Counted from the stretch's first letter, positions 28,104 through 39,140 are shown. The stretch is DNA of 64,000 nt from an uncultured Candidatus Saccharibacteria bacterium (GCA_964411375.1 CAYPKR010000002.1:894-64893), one strand, 5' to 3'. Numbers and translations are program-made. Notes: a model not told the origin generated them from the letters alone.

Positions 28104-31100
28104 CTAGTCGTGGAGTACACCCGGCCAGAGATTGTAGAGAATCGGAATGAGGAGAAGAGTAATGACTGCGGCGAATGAGAGTCCGAAAATAATTGCAGTT
28201 GCAAGCGGCGCCCAGAGTCCACCAGTAAATGCGAGTGGGAACATTCCGATAATGGTGGTGATGTTGGTAAGTGCAATCGGGCGAAGTCGAATTGAGGAAC
28301 CTTCGATAACCAAATCGGTAATATTTTTATCTGGATGTTCGCGGCGAAGGTGGTTGATCACGTCGAGAAGAAGAATCGTGTGATTCACGATGATGCCGGC
28401 GAGCGCAATAACACCAAGTACTGATGGGAAGGAAAGTGGCAGGCGGGTAAGTGCGAGTCCGATCATAATACCGATGAGTGTGAGTGGCACGCCGGAGAGC
28501 ACATAGAATGAATGGCGCCATGAGTTGAATTCAAACATGAGGACAGCAAGCATGAGGACAAGTCCTGCAAGAAGCGCGTAACCCATTTCGGAAAACGATT
28601 TGTCGGTTTCTTCGGTCTCACCGCCGGAGGTCATGATGACGCCCGCAGGAATATCAAGTTCTGTCGCTGCACGCTTCTTGAATTCAGCATTAATTTCAGC
28701 AGTGTTTCCAGTTGCCGAGAGATCACTTGCCGCAGTTGCAACGCGCTTTCGCTCATCGTGAGTGATTGCGGCGCTTGCCGTGTCGAGCTTTGTCGAGAGA
28801 AGCGTACCGAGAAGTACCGGACCGTTTGGAGACGCGATCTGCATATTTTGGATCGAGTCAATCGTCGTCTTGGTCGTATCTTCCGGTGTCACATAATTCG
28901 GATTGAGATTTGCCGATACGACAATATCAATATCATTTCCGGATGTTTTGATTGAAGTCGCCTTAGTGCCATTAACTGCCGCGCGAAGCGTGAACGCAAC
29001 GGTTGAAGGATCGATTCCCAAAGAAATCGCTTTCGCCTTGTCGATGGTGAGGACAAATTCCGTTTCAGAATCTTTCGTAGACGCAGTGACGTTTGCCGTT
29101 CCTTTGATCGAACGAAGAATGCGCGCTGATTGATCGGCAAGGGAATTGATCGCATCAAGATCGTCGCCGCGGAATTTGATAACAATCGGGGTGCCGACCG
29201 GCGGGCCGCCTGAAGGTTCTGACACGCGGATTTCGCTCGTGTTGATTCCGGCGAGCTTTTCGCGCAAATGCTCGACCATTTCGCTCGAAGTCATTTTGCG
29301 ATCTTTTTTCAGGTTAATGAAAATATTGCCGAACTTGGTATCCGCAGTCGGGTTGTTTGAGAATTCGCTGGATGCACCGACTGATGTTGAGAATGCAGCA
29401 ATGTCTGGCTCGTCGTAGAGGAATTCCTCAATCTTTCGCATCTCAAGATCAGTTCTCGAGAGCGCGGTTCCTTGCGGCAGTTCATCTTCAACGATGACGT
29501 AGTCGACATCTTCACCTGGGAAGAAAATCACTTTAACGAGACCACTGATTGGGAAGAGTGGAGAGACGAAAAATCCAATTGCGAGTACGAGAATAATTTG
29601 TTTTTGAAGACGACGGTTTGCAAAAATGCGCGTCAAAAATGCGACGTACCAGTTTTGTAGTTTATAAAACCATTCATCTTGCCATGAATGTCCCGCATGC
29701 CCTTTTTCTTCGGTTGAAAGGAAGGAAACGCCAAGAACTGGCACGAATACGAGCGCAACAAAGAGGGAAGCAAGGAGAACGAAGATAATCGTGAATGGAA
29801 TCGTTGCAATAAATTGTCCGACGATGCCTGAAATAAAGAAGAGCGGGAAGAACATCAGAACCGTCGCCATAATGCCTGCAGTCAAGGGAGCTTGGTAGGT
29901 TTTAACTGCGAGGAACGCTGATTCTTTCGGAGAATTTCCTTTGGTGACAAACGTATACATACTTTCGACGACGACGATGCCGGCGTCGACCAAGATACCC
30001 ATCGCAAGAATCAAAGAGAAGAGAGAAACAAAGTTCAATGTATTTCCAGAATAGTTGAGTCCGATGAATGCGATGACGAACGAAATCGGAATAGAACTTC
30101 CCGCAACGAGCGCTTCTCGCCATCCGACCGTCAAAAAGAGGACAATCATCACGAGTACGATCGCTTCGATGCCGGTTCTCGTGAGTTCAAAAAGACTTTT
30201 GCGAAGTTCTTCGCCTGAGTCGAGTGTGGTGTTTACGGTCACACCTTCCAAAAGCTCTCCGGGTTTCTGAAGTTCTTCGAGTCGTTTGCCAACTGCATCA
30301 GTAACGTTTGCAATATTGCCGCCCGTTCGCTTGAATACGGCGACTGAAAGCGATGGTTCTGAAGGTTTTCCATCCGCAGATACGCGAGAAATGCTCGATT
30401 GCTTTGAAAGTCCGACAATCACATCAGCGACATCACGCACATAGATCGCGTGTCCATTTTTAGAAAGAATCGGCAAATTCTGGATCTCGTTCGGATCCTT
30501 AATATCGCCCTTGAACTGGATGCCGTAGTTGACGCCATCAAGTTCAATTGAGCCGACGGGAAGCTCGGCATTTGCTCGTGAGAGCGCGTTCACGATATCA
30601 GTGAGTCCAAGTCCAAAGGACGCGAGCGCTTCCTTACGCGCGATGACTGACACTTGGCGATCGCGTTTACCAACAACGCTCACCGTTGAAACGCCTTGCA
30701 CCTGTTTCAGGTCTTCTTCGAGAGAGTCGGCGAGTTTGTTGAGTTCTTCTTCAGAAATTTCGCTACCAATCGAAAACGTGTAGATGGGTTGATTGACGAA
30801 GTCGACATCGGAAACAATTGGATCATTTGCTTCGTCCGGGAGTTCAGATTTTACGCGATCCACTTTGTCTTTCAGATCTTGGATCGATTTGTCGAGGTCA
30901 GCGTCAGAATTGAACTGTACGGTGATGATCGATACATTTTCACGCGATACCGACGTAATCTTATCGACATTTTTTAGGTTTCCCGAAAGTGCGTCTTCAA
31001 TTTTGTTGGTGACCAGGGTTTCGACATCGATTGCCGATGCTCCGGGAAGTACCGTCGAAACGATGCCGACTGGAATGCGCACCTCAGGTGCTGACTCTTT

Positions 31101-31202
31101 TGGAATCGCAGAAAGCGAAAAGAGTCCGGCAATGATGAGTGAGCCGAGCAATAGATAGCTAAAATTTCGTTTAGTGAGGAAGAATTTCCAGAGAGAATAC
31201 AT
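28104..31202 (-). CDS. RND superfamily efflux transporter (AcrB/HAE1-like)
   Basis: 1032 aa. Has 12-TM topology with two large periplasmic loops. The N-terminus 'LLGSLIIAGLFSLSAIPKESAPEVRIPVGIVSTVLPGASAIDVE' is typical of AcrB. Confidence 0.85.
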   Translation of the reverse strand: MYSLWKFFLTKRNFSYLLLGSLIIAGLFSLSAIPKESAPEVRIPVGIVSTVLPGASAIDVETLVTNKIEDALSGNLKNVDKITSVSRENVSIITVQFNSDADLDKSIQDLKDKVDRVKSELPDEANDPIVSDVDFVNQPIYTFSIGSEISEEELNKLADSLEEDLKQVQGVSTVSVVGKRDRQVSVIARKEALASFGLGLTDIVNALSRANAELPVGSIELDGVNYGIQFKGDIKDPNEIQNLPILSKNGHAIYVRDVADVIVGLSKQSSISRVSADGKPSEPSLSVAVFKRTGGNIANVTDAVGKRLEELQKPGELLEGVTVNTTLDSGEELRKSLFELTRTGIEAIVLVMIVLFLTVGWREALVAGSSIPISFVIAFIGLNYSGNTLNFVSLFSLILAMGILVDAGIVVVESMYTFVTKGNSPKESAFLAVKTYQAPLTAGIMATVLMFFPLFFISGIVGQFIATIPFTIIFVLLASLFVALVFVPVLGVSFLSTEEKGHAGHSWQDEWFYKLQNWYVAFLTRIFANRRLQKQIILVLAIGFFVSPLFPISGLVKVIFFPGEDVDYVIVEDELPQGTALSRTDLEMRKIEEFLYDEPDIAAFSTSVGASSEFSNNPTADTKFGNIFINLKKDRKMTSSEMVEHLREKLAGINTSEIRVSEPSGGPPVGTPIVIKFRGDDLDAINSLADQSARILRSIKGTANVTASTKDSETEFVLTIDKAKAISLGIDPSTVAFTLRAAVNGTKATSIKTSGNDIDIVVSANLNPNYVTPEDTTKTTIDSIQNMQIASPNGPVLLGTLLSTKLDTASAAITHDERKRVATAASDLSATGNTAEINAEFKKRAATELDIPAGVIMTSGGETEETDKSFSEMGYALLAGLVLMLAVLMFEFNSWRHSFYVLSGVPLTLIGIMIGLALTRLPLSFPSVLGVIALAGIIVNHTILLLDVINHLRREHPDKNITDLVIEGSSIRLRPIALTNITTIIGMFPLAFTGGLWAPLATAIIFGLSFAAVITLLLIPILYNLWPGVLHD

Positions 31203-31224
31203 ATCTTATGGAATTGATGGAAAC

Positions 31225-32907
31225 CTACATCGAAATAGTCGAAGACGCGATAAGGACGGTATCACCGACTTTCAAACCTCGAACATCGGTTACAATTTCC
31301 ATTTCTGGAGTAAGACCACTCGTTACGAGGACTTTGTCGCCAGCAATATCACCGAGAACAATCGCGTGAGATGAGACAAGACCATTTTGATCGACAGTGA
31401 ATACGGATGTCTCGCTCGTACCGACTTTTACGGCAGTAAGAGGAAGCATGAGAGCAGAATCTGATTTTGGTGCTTTTGTGTCGACTACTTTTCGCTCGAT
31501 ATTCAAAGATACCGTCGCGCCTTGAGTGAGGTCGCTTGCTTTTCCGGTCACACCGATTCGTACCTCTGCTTTTTTGGTATCAGGATCGAGACCTGGTGCG
31601 ATCGACGTAACAACGCCAGATACTTTGTTGTCGACTACTACTTTCGCACCAACCGCGATCATCGAGCGCTCCTGTTCTGAAATGTAGGTGACGATTTCGA
31701 GCGCGCCGTTATTTGATACGACTGCCGCGATTTGGAATGGATTAACGAAATCTCCCTTGCGGAGCGCGAGGGTGTTCAGTGTTCCTGAGATTGGTGTGCG
31801 GATTACCGAATGCTCAAAGTTTGCGCGTGCAACTGCGAGTGAAGCTTCTGCGGCAGCGATATCTTCGGGCTGATTACCCGTAACTCCTTGAGAAAGATTC
31901 TTTTCAGCGATTTCGAGCGCCGCTTTCTTCGATGAGAGTGTATCTCTTGCGGAAGAAAGGCTTGCGATAGAGGCAATAACACTTGCTCGTGCGGTTGTTG
32001 CGCCGGTCTTGTAACCGTCAATTGTAGTTTGAGAAAGTCCAGAACTTGCAATTCCTTTGTTGAGCGCCGAAATCACATCATCGAGATATGATTTCACTGT
32101 CTGTAATTCACTAATGGTTAAATTGATTTCTCCAGGAATTGCATCAGCGGAAATTGTTTTTCCACTCATTGAATCCTGGCGCGTAAGAATATTTGCCATT
32201 GCGCCACGCTCGTTTTCGATTCGAGTAACTAAGCTCGAGTCTGAGGTAGGAATATTGAAGTGTGGAGAAGGTGATCGCGGATTTACAAACATCGGGTCAG
32301 TTGATTGGAAAATTGCTGAATCCACTGTCGCATATGCAGAGAGAAGTCCAGTCTGTGCCGTTGAAATTGCACCTGACAACCCTTCGTTTGCATTATCCTT
32401 GCTGATCTGAAGGATTGAAAGCTGTTCGCTTCTCGTTCCGGCAAGCGCCTTCTGATACATTGCCTGCGCCTGCGCGACCGCCGCGCGCTCAGATGCATTT
32501 TCAATTTCTGCAATTACTGTTCCTGCAGATACGTATTGTCCAACGGTCGCATACACGCCTCGAACCTCTCCCGTTTTCTCCGTACGGAGCGTTGCTTCAG
32601 AAGTAGAATGAATGGATCCTACAAGCGGAAGCGGACTGGTGTTAGCACCAAGAGCAGCAACCGTTGAAACCGTTACTTCACGGAGTTTTGCTGATTCAAC
32701 TGAGCCAGCACTCTTATTTCCTAAAAAGATTGCAAGTCCAATGAGTATTACCAGAATAACCCCACCGATAAGCAGGTTTCTCCTCGTCGCAAATCTACGG
32801 ATTTCCTCTTTCGAAGGAAGCCGGCGGGGAATGTAATTTCGCATATGTATAGATGATATAACGTTCACATAATATCGTTTTTTCTTCATCTGGTCAAAAA
32901 ATGGCAT
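31225..32907 (-). CDS. Periplasmic adaptor / membrane-fusion protein of the RND pump (HlyD-like), long form
   Basis: 560 aa. N-terminal TM anchor. Biotin-lipoyl-like hairpins (GTVIAEIE, IRTPISGTLNTL). Long Ala/Gln-rich coiled coil. It lies 22 nt upstream of the RND gene on the same strand. Confidence 0.75.
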   Translation of the reverse strand: MPFFDQMKKKRYYVNVISSIHMRNYIPRRLPSKEEIRRFATRRNLLIGGVILVILIGLAIFLGNKSAGSVESAKLREVTVSTVAALGANTSPLPLVGSIHSTSEATLRTEKTGEVRGVYATVGQYVSAGTVIAEIENASERAAVAQAQAMYQKALAGTRSEQLSILQISKDNANEGLSGAISTAQTGLLSAYATVDSAIFQSTDPMFVNPRSPSPHFNIPTSDSSLVTRIENERGAMANILTRQDSMSGKTISADAIPGEINLTISELQTVKSYLDDVISALNKGIASSGLSQTTIDGYKTGATTARASVIASIASLSSARDTLSSKKAALEIAEKNLSQGVTGNQPEDIAAAEASLAVARANFEHSVIRTPISGTLNTLALRKGDFVNPFQIAAVVSNNGALEIVTYISEQERSMIAVGAKVVVDNKVSGVVTSIAPGLDPDTKKAEVRIGVTGKASDLTQGATVSLNIERKVVDTKAPKSDSALMLPLTAVKVGTSETSVFTVDQNGLVSSHAIVLGDIAGDKVLVTSGLTPEMEIVTDVRGLKVGDTVLIASSTISM

Positions 32908-32929
32908 CTCCGTTTTTTACACATCGAGC

Positions 32930-33199
32930 TTGAACTATTCGCCGAGCGCGTTACACTACAGGTACATGTTCAAAGAATTTTTCACCAAGAAGCTCATCGA
33001 GCGTCAACTTAAAAATCTTCCGAAGGATCAGCAGGAATTGGTTATGAAACTTGTGACGGAGAATCCTGAACTTTTCAAAAAGATCAATGATGAAATCCAA
33101 GCGGAGATAAAAAGCGGAAAAGAGCAGATGTCTGCCGCAATGCTCGTCTTTTCGCGCCATAAATCAGAACTCCAAAAATTAATGGCTAATAGCAAATAA
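32930..33199 (+). CDS. Hypothetical small helical protein
   Basis: 89 aa and Lys/Glu-rich. No recognised motif. Confidence 0.3.
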   Translation: MNYSPSALHYRYMFKEFFTKKLIERQLKNLPKDQQELVMKLVTENPELFKKINDEIQAEIKSGKEQMSAAMLVFSRHKSELQKLMANSK

Positions 33200-33202
33200 T
33201 AT

Positions 33203-33715
33203 ATGAGCTTGCTCGTATTTTTGTTCGTTGCACAGCAACTCGCCGTGTCGATTTCGATTGGTGGGGCTACCTTTGCGCTGATTTTTTATTACAAGTCGAT
33301 GCGCGACGGGCATATCGATTCGGAAGAGCGAAGTTTTATGCGCATCGTATATTTGGTGATGCGTATTGGCTTAAGCGCCATTGTGATCAGCGAACTTCTC
33401 TTGGTCGCGGATTTCTATTCGGCAGGTGGTGTCCAACTTCTTCTCACCAACGCCTTCTGGTTCCGGTGGACGCTTCTCGCAATTATCGTCATCAACGCAA
33501 TCCTCATGGATATGCGGAAAATTCCGCACTCAATTGGCCCAGCAATCACCGGCGCCTCCTGGTATATGTACGCGATTGCGACGATTCTCTCCCGTGCAAA
33601 CTTCGAAGTGCCGTACTTTGCATGGGTACTTTGGTACGTACTCTTTGTCGTAATTTTTGCAGGCTTTCTTATGCTGGTCGACATGCTCTATATCAAGAAA
33701 GAACGGGCGCAGTAA
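33203..33715 (+). CDS. Hypothetical polytopic membrane protein
   Basis: 170 aa with ~5 hydrophobic helices. Confidence 0.45.
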   Translation: MSLLVFLFVAQQLAVSISIGGATFALIFYYKSMRDGHIDSEERSFMRIVYLVMRIGLSAIVISELLLVADFYSAGGVQLLLTNAFWFRWTLLAIIVINAILMDMRKIPHSIGPAITGASWYMYAIATILSRANFEVPYFAWVLWYVLFVVIFAGFLMLVDMLYIKKERAQ

Positions 33716-33775
33716 GAAGATCTAAGTAGTTTCGTTTATTACTCATAGACACAAACAAATATGGAAGGAAATCCT

Positions 33776-33937
33776 ATGGAAAAGTTGAATCCTGCTGAGC
33801 TCGACGGCTCAGACGAGGTACCACAAGATTCAACCGGCGAAGGTACCACGCCAACAGAGGATACCGAAAGGGACGGATCTGGAAATAGTTCAAAATTTTG
33901 GAGTTGGCTCAGTGATATGCGCCCCCCAAAAGAATAG
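33776..33937 (+). CDS. Small acidic protein, 53 aa (MEKLNPAELDGSDEVPQDSTGEGTTPTEDTERDGSGNSSKFWSWLSDMRPPKE)
   Basis: Below the ORF-track cutoff. A strong SD GGAAGGAAA lies 6 nt upstream of the ATG. Confidence 0.3.
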   Translation: MEKLNPAELDGSDEVPQDSTGEGTTPTEDTERDGSGNSSKFWSWLSDMRPPKE

Positions 33938-34012
33938 TAAATTGTAGGTTTTGAAAAGGCGGCGATTGTCGCCTTTTGCTTCTAGGTAATTGCTGCGTGC
34001 TGTAGTATAACG

Positions 34013-35116
34013 ATGTCCATGTCATTATCGATCGGCATCGTCGGGCTTCCAAACGTGGGTAAATCCACGCTTTTTAATGCACTGACCAAAAAGAGTGTGC
34101 TCGTAGCTAATTATCCCTTTGCTACCATTGATCCGTCGGTCGGCATCGTTGCCGTTCCCGATTTCCGTCTCCAAACGCTCACTGATCTTTCTCATTCCGC
34201 AAAAACCATTCCTGCCGCAGTTGAATTCGTCGATATCGCTGGTTTGGTTAAAGGAGCAAGTGAGGGCGAAGGGCTGGGAAACCAATTCCTTGCAAATATT
34301 CGAGAAACTGACGCCATCGCTGAAGTCGTTCGTATTTTTGATGATCAAAATGTGCTTCACGTAAGTGGAGGAGTTGATCCTGTTTCAGATATTGAGGTCA
34401 TCAATCTCGAACTTATTTTTGCTGACCTTGAAACAGTAACAAAGCGAATTTCAAATCTGGAACGTGATGTTCGTCGTGGCGATAAAGTGGCCATTCTTGA
34501 ACAAGGAGCCGCAACCAAGATTCGCCAAGCGCTTGAAGCCGGAAAACTTGCAAACTCGGTCTCACTCACTGAAGAAGAAGGAAAAATCGTAAAAACGCTC
34601 CACCTTCTCACGATGAAACCGATTCTCTATGTGCTGAATAAAAAAGCAGGCGGACATAATCTTGATGAAATGAACGATGAGCGTTTCCAAAAGCTCATGG
34701 ATTTTCTGATAAAAAATAATGCATCGTACGTAATCGTCGATGCAGGCGTTGAAAACGAACTCAAAGATGTAAGCGACGACGATAAAACAATGTTCCGTCA
34801 GGAATTTGGCGTTGTCGATGATGGCGTCAATGATTTAATCAAACACGGCTACGACATGCTCGGTCTTATGACGTACTTCACAACCGGCGAAGATGAAACA
34901 CGTGCATGGACAACGAAGAAAAATTCAACTGCACCTGTTGCCGCTGCTGCAATCCACACGGACTTCAAAGAAAAATTTATTCGTGCCGAAGTCGTCGCGT
35001 ACGACAAACTTGTTGAGGCTGGCAGTTACGGAAAAGCACGTGAAAAGGGATGGGTCAGAACAGAAGGGAAGGAATACGTCGTCAAAGACGGCGATGTGAT
35101 TGAGTTTAAGATTTAA
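34013..35116 (+). CDS. ychF: Ribosome-binding ATPase YchF (Obg-family GTPase/OLA1)
   Basis: 367 aa. Has the G1 motif '[18 protein letters not shown]' and '[10 protein letters not shown]'. The C-terminal TGS domain ends 'DGDVIEFKI'. Confidence 0.9.
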   Translation: MSMSLSIGIVGLPNVGKSTLFNALTKKSVLVANYPFATIDPSVGIVAVPDFRLQTLTDLSHSAKTIPAAVEFVDIAGLVKGASEGEGLGNQFLANIRETDAIAEVVRIFDDQNVLHVSGGVDPVSDIEVINLELIFADLETVTKRISNLERDVRRGDKVAILEQGAATKIRQALEAGKLANSVSLTEEEGKIVKTLHLLTMKPILYVLNKKAGGHNLDEMNDERFQKLMDFLIKNNASYVIVDAGVENELKDVSDDDKTMFRQEFGVVDDGVNDLIKHGYDMLGLMTYFTTGEDETRAWTTKKNSTAPVAAAAIHTDFKEKFIRAEVVAYDKLVEAGSYGKAREKGWVRTEGKEYVVKDGDVIEFKI

Positions 35117-35130
35117 CCGTAAATCTAATC

Positions 35131-35580
35131 TTGATGAATTTTCAGCGACAGCTTGAAAAACTCAAAAGCTTCGGCTGGCCGCAAAAGGAATTTGTCGTGG
35201 TAAGTTCAGGTGCCTTGGCGGTTCGGGGAATTCGTGATTCTCATGACCTTGATGTCATGGTTTCTAAAATCTTGTGGAATGAATTATCGAAGAAATATCC
35301 GACCGTAAAAAATGAATACGGAATTGAACGGTTGTGTCCGGATCCGGAAATTGAAATTTTCCACCCAGAACACACTATATTTGGTGATGCTGGCGGAATT
35401 CTACAGACACAAGAAGTATTTGAACGTGCAGACCTTCTTGAAGAGATTCAGTTCATGAACCTTCGCGACTTGAAACTGATTAAAACGAAAATGGGAAGAG
35501 AAAAAGATCTTCGCGATATCGAACTTATCGATACATATCTCGAAACAGAGAATGCCGTGACCGCTGTCCTTCCTCGCTAA
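35131..35580 (+). CDS. Minimal nucleotidyltransferase-fold protein (putative)
   Basis: 149 aa. 'VVVSSGALAVRGIRDSHDLDVMV' fits the Pol-beta-like GS...D-x-D signature. Confidence 0.4.
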   Translation: MMNFQRQLEKLKSFGWPQKEFVVVSSGALAVRGIRDSHDLDVMVSKILWNELSKKYPTVKNEYGIERLCPDPEIEIFHPEHTIFGDAGGILQTQEVFERADLLEEIQFMNLRDLKLIKTKMGREKDLRDIELIDTYLETENAVTAVLPR

Positions 35581-35653
35581 ACAGGCTCCCAAAAATCATT
35601 TACAACTACTCGTTTCATTGTAAAATGTACTGATTACGAGCTAATTAGCATAC

Positions 35654-36619
35654 ATGGATCAAAGTATATCGACGAAGCCACGTCTCACTCCGAAGGATTT
35701 CGTCCTCTACTTGGCGGCGATGATTTTTCTCTACACGAGCGTATTTTCACTCCTCGCGCTCCTCTTCGAGTACATTAATATTCTCTTTCCGGACGCGCTT
35801 CAGTATATTGATCCATATTCAACGGGCATTCGCTTCTCAATTGCGACCTTGATTATTATTTTTCCACTCTATGTGTTCCTAACGCGTGTTCTGAATCAAG
35901 ACGTTCGCAAAAATCCTGAAAAGCGCGAACTCGGATTCCGCAAGTGGCTCATGTACATCACCATTCTTGCTGCAGGAATCGGCATGGCGGCGGACTTGGT
36001 TGCGCTTGTAAACACGTATCTCGGCGGCGAAATCAGTAATCGCTTTATCCTCAAAGTTCTCGCAGTTTTCGTCGTTGCCGGAAGCGTCTTTACGTACTAC
36101 CTTCTCGATCTTAAGGGGTATTGGGAAAAAAATAAGCCGCAGGCACAACTTACTGGAATTCTTGCGCTCGTTCTCGTGTTTGGCTCCATCATCGGCGGCT
36201 TTGCGGTAATGGGTTCTCCGACGACACAACGACTCATGCGCTTTGATCAGCAAAAAATTTCGGATCTTCAGAGTATTCAATGGCAGATCATTAACTATTG
36301 GCAAGCGAAACAAAAATTGCCTGAATCTTTGGAAGTACTGAATGACCCACTGACCGGAAGCGTCGTGCCAACTGACCCACAAGAAGGAAAGGCGTATACG
36401 TACTCAATTGTTTCCACAAATGATCTCTCGTTCAAACTCTGCGCAACCTTTAATCGCGACGGAACCGTCCAATCTGGATACATTGGTCGGGATATGAGTT
36501 ACCCTGCATCAGTCGGTATTAAGGGAGATGAAAGCTGGGCGCATTCGGTTGGAGAGACCTGCTTTACACGCACTATTGATCCGGATAAATTTCCGCCAAT
36601 AAACGCAAAACCAATATAG
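35654..36619 (+). CDS. Membrane protein: N-terminal 4-TM domain (DUF5671-like) plus a C-terminal pilin/pseudopilin-like domain
   Basis: 321 aa. C-terminal 'DPLTGSVVPTDPQEGKAYTYSIV' resembles pseudopilin conserved strands. Two Cys lie near the end. Confidence 0.45.
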   Translation: MDQSISTKPRLTPKDFVLYLAAMIFLYTSVFSLLALLFEYINILFPDALQYIDPYSTGIRFSIATLIIIFPLYVFLTRVLNQDVRKNPEKRELGFRKWLMYITILAAGIGMAADLVALVNTYLGGEISNRFILKVLAVFVVAGSVFTYYLLDLKGYWEKNKPQAQLTGILALVLVFGSIIGGFAVMGSPTTQRLMRFDQQKISDLQSIQWQIINYWQAKQKLPESLEVLNDPLTGSVVPTDPQEGKAYTYSIVSTNDLSFKLCATFNRDGTVQSGYIGRDMSYPASVGIKGDESWAHSVGETCFTRTIDPDKFPPINAKPI

Positions 36620-36645
36620 TGCGCCGAAGACTGTAATTTTTTCTG

Positions 36646-39090
36646 ATGGCGTACGATCATTCTCGAATTGAAAAGAAGTGGCAAGAAAAGTGGGAGGACG
36701 CGGGGATTTCTCGTGCCTCAGAGGATTCAAGTAAGAAAAAATTCTACGCACTCGTTGAGTTCCCGTACCCATCAGGTGCTGGTCTTCACACCGGCCATGT
36801 TCGAAGCTACGCGGCGATGGATATCATCGTACGGAAGCGGCGCGCTGAAGGATATTCAGTGCTATATCCAATTGGATGGGATGCGTTCGGACTTCCAACT
36901 GAAAACTACGCAATCAAAACGGGAAGAAAGCCGCAGGACATCACCCAGGAAAATACTGATACATTTCGTCGTCAGCTCAAATCGCTCGGAATTTCATTTG
37001 ATTGGTCAAGGGAAATTAACACCACTGATCCTTCGTACTACAAATGGACGCAATGGATTTTCCTCAAACTTCTTGAACATGGACTCGCGTATAAAGCGAA
37101 GACCTTAATTAACTGGTGCCCGAAAGATAAAATCGGGCTCGCGAACGAAGAAGTTGTTGATGGAAAATGTGAACGCTGTGGGACGGTTGTCGAAAAACGT
37201 GAAAAGGAACAATGGATGCTCGCAATCACCAAGTATGCGGATCGACTCTACGCTGATCTCGACAAAGTCGATTACATTGAGCGTGCAAAAATGCAACAAA
37301 GGAATTGGATCGGTCCATCAGAGGGTGCAGAAATCAGTTTCCCACTTAAATTTACGTTTGACGAGAAAGCAAATGATAATCGCGGACCAAATGGAGAAGA
37401 AGCAGCGATCCCTGTTTTCACAACTCGTCCTGACACACTGTTTGGTGCAACCTGTCTTGTACTCGCGCCCGAACACTTGTGGGTCACGCTCGCAACTGAT
37501 GACAACCATCATGTTCTCAAAAATAAAGATGAAGTAAAAGCGTACCTAGAGTTGGTGAAAAATAAAACCGATATTGAACGTGGCGGAGATACAAAAGAAA
37601 AAACGGGAGTAAAAATTGACGGCGTTGTTGCGATCAATCCGGCTTCAAACGAAGAGATTCCAATCTTCGTCGCTGATTATGTGCTTCCGAATTATGGCAC
37701 CGGCGCCTTGATGGCAGTTCCTGCGCACGATGAACGCGATTTTGCGTTTGCCGAAAAATTTAATCTTCCAATTAGGAACGTAATCACGCCGCCAGCTGGT
37801 TCTGATGAAGCTAAAGTCTGGACTGGAATGGGATATTTGATTAACTCTGGGAAATTTGATGGGGTTCCTAGCGAAGAAGCAAAAAAGAAAATCACTGAAT
37901 TTGTCGGTGGAACTTGGAAAACAACCTACAAACTTCGTGATTGGGTATTTTCGCGCCAGAGATATTGGGGCGAACCAATTCCAGTCGTGCATTGCCCGAC
38001 ATGCGGCATCGTACCGCTTCCCGAAAATCAACTTCCGCTTGTACTTCCTGACGTCGAAAAATATCAGCCAACAGATGACGGCGAATCACCACTCGCGCAG
38101 ATGACTGATTGGGTCAATACAACCTGTCCAAAATGTAACGGACCTGCGAAACGAGAAACTGACACCATGCCAAATTGGGCGGGATCAAGTTGGTATTACC
38201 TCCGGTACGCTGATCCACGAAATAATCAGAAATTTGCCGCAGAAGACAAACTTAAATATTGGACTCCAGTCGATTGCTACAACGGCGGTATGGAACACAC
38301 AGTACTTCACCTTCTCTATTCGCGCTTTTGGCACAAATTCTTGTTTGATATCAAGCTGGTTCCGACTGATGAGCCATACATGAAGCGTACATCGCACGGA
38401 CTCATTCTTGCCGAAGGAGGCGAGAAGATGTCGAAATCAAAAGGGAACACGGTGTCTCCCGATGAAATCGTCACTCGCTTTGGCGCAGACGCGCTTCGCG
38501 TATATGAAATGTTTATGGGCCCTTTTGATCAGGCAATTGCATGGAACACGGACAACTTGGTTGGCGCACTTCGCTTTCTTGAGCGCGTTGAACGCGCTTC
38601 AGAGCGAGTTTCCGAAGGACAACTTTCGAAAGAACTCGAAATACTGATGCATCAGACGATCAAAAAGATCACAGAAGATATCGAAGAGCTCAAAATGAAC
38701 ACCGCCGTTTCGAGCTTAATGATTTTTCTGAATACGCTCGAAAAAGAGGAGACAGTATCGAAGATCGGATTCGAAACACTCATTCGACTACTCGCTCCAT
38801 TTGCGCCGCATCTTTCTGAAGAGTTGTGGGAAAAAATCGGTAATACATTTTCAGTGCACACTGCTCCGTGGCCGACATATGATGTAGGAAAAACGGTATC
38901 TGACACAGTAACGATCCCAATTCAGGTTAATAGCAAAGTTCGAGGCGAAGTTGTTGCGCCTCGTGGATCTAATGAAGACTCCATTTTTGCGCTCGCTAAG
39001 GAAAATCCAAACATTGCGCGTTTCTTGACAGGGGACTCGATTAAGAAGAGAGTCTATGTACCAGACCGGCTCATGAACATTGTGGTCTAG
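36646..39090 (+). CDS. leuS: Leucyl-tRNA synthetase
   Basis: 814 aa. HIGH-type motif 'PYPSGAGLHTGHVRSY' and 'KMSKSKGN'. A CP1 editing-domain region is present. Confidence 0.95.
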   Translation: MAYDHSRIEKKWQEKWEDAGISRASEDSSKKKFYALVEFPYPSGAGLHTGHVRSYAAMDIIVRKRRAEGYSVLYPIGWDAFGLPTENYAIKTGRKPQDITQENTDTFRRQLKSLGISFDWSREINTTDPSYYKWTQWIFLKLLEHGLAYKAKTLINWCPKDKIGLANEEVVDGKCERCGTVVEKREKEQWMLAITKYADRLYADLDKVDYIERAKMQQRNWIGPSEGAEISFPLKFTFDEKANDNRGPNGEEAAIPVFTTRPDTLFGATCLVLAPEHLWVTLATDDNHHVLKNKDEVKAYLELVKNKTDIERGGDTKEKTGVKIDGVVAINPASNEEIPIFVADYVLPNYGTGALMAVPAHDERDFAFAEKFNLPIRNVITPPAGSDEAKVWTGMGYLINSGKFDGVPSEEAKKKITEFVGGTWKTTYKLRDWVFSRQRYWGEPIPVVHCPTCGIVPLPENQLPLVLPDVEKYQPTDDGESPLAQMTDWVNTTCPKCNGPAKRETDTMPNWAGSSWYYLRYADPRNNQKFAAEDKLKYWTPVDCYNGGMEHTVLHLLYSRFWHKFLFDIKLVPTDEPYMKRTSHGLILAEGGEKMSKSKGNTVSPDEIVTRFGADALRVYEMFMGPFDQAIAWNTDNLVGALRFLERVERASERVSEGQLSKELEILMHQTIKKITEDIEELKMNTAVSSLMIFLNTLEKEETVSKIGFETLIRLLAPFAPHLSEELWEKIGNTFSVHTAPWPTYDVGKTVSDTVTIPIQVNSKVRGEVVAPRGSNEDSIFALAKENPNIARFLTGDSIKKRVYVPDRLMNIVV

Positions 39091-39140
39091 GGAGGGGAAA
39101 ATGTGGTCTAATTGGAATGTCTTGACGCCCTCCCAGTTAC

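Noticed and set aside
27788-28178. 85-aa and 92-aa ORFs in the atpC-RND gap
   Set aside because: They are mutually overlapping, have no RBS, and the second runs into the RND gene end. The region is treated as noncoding.
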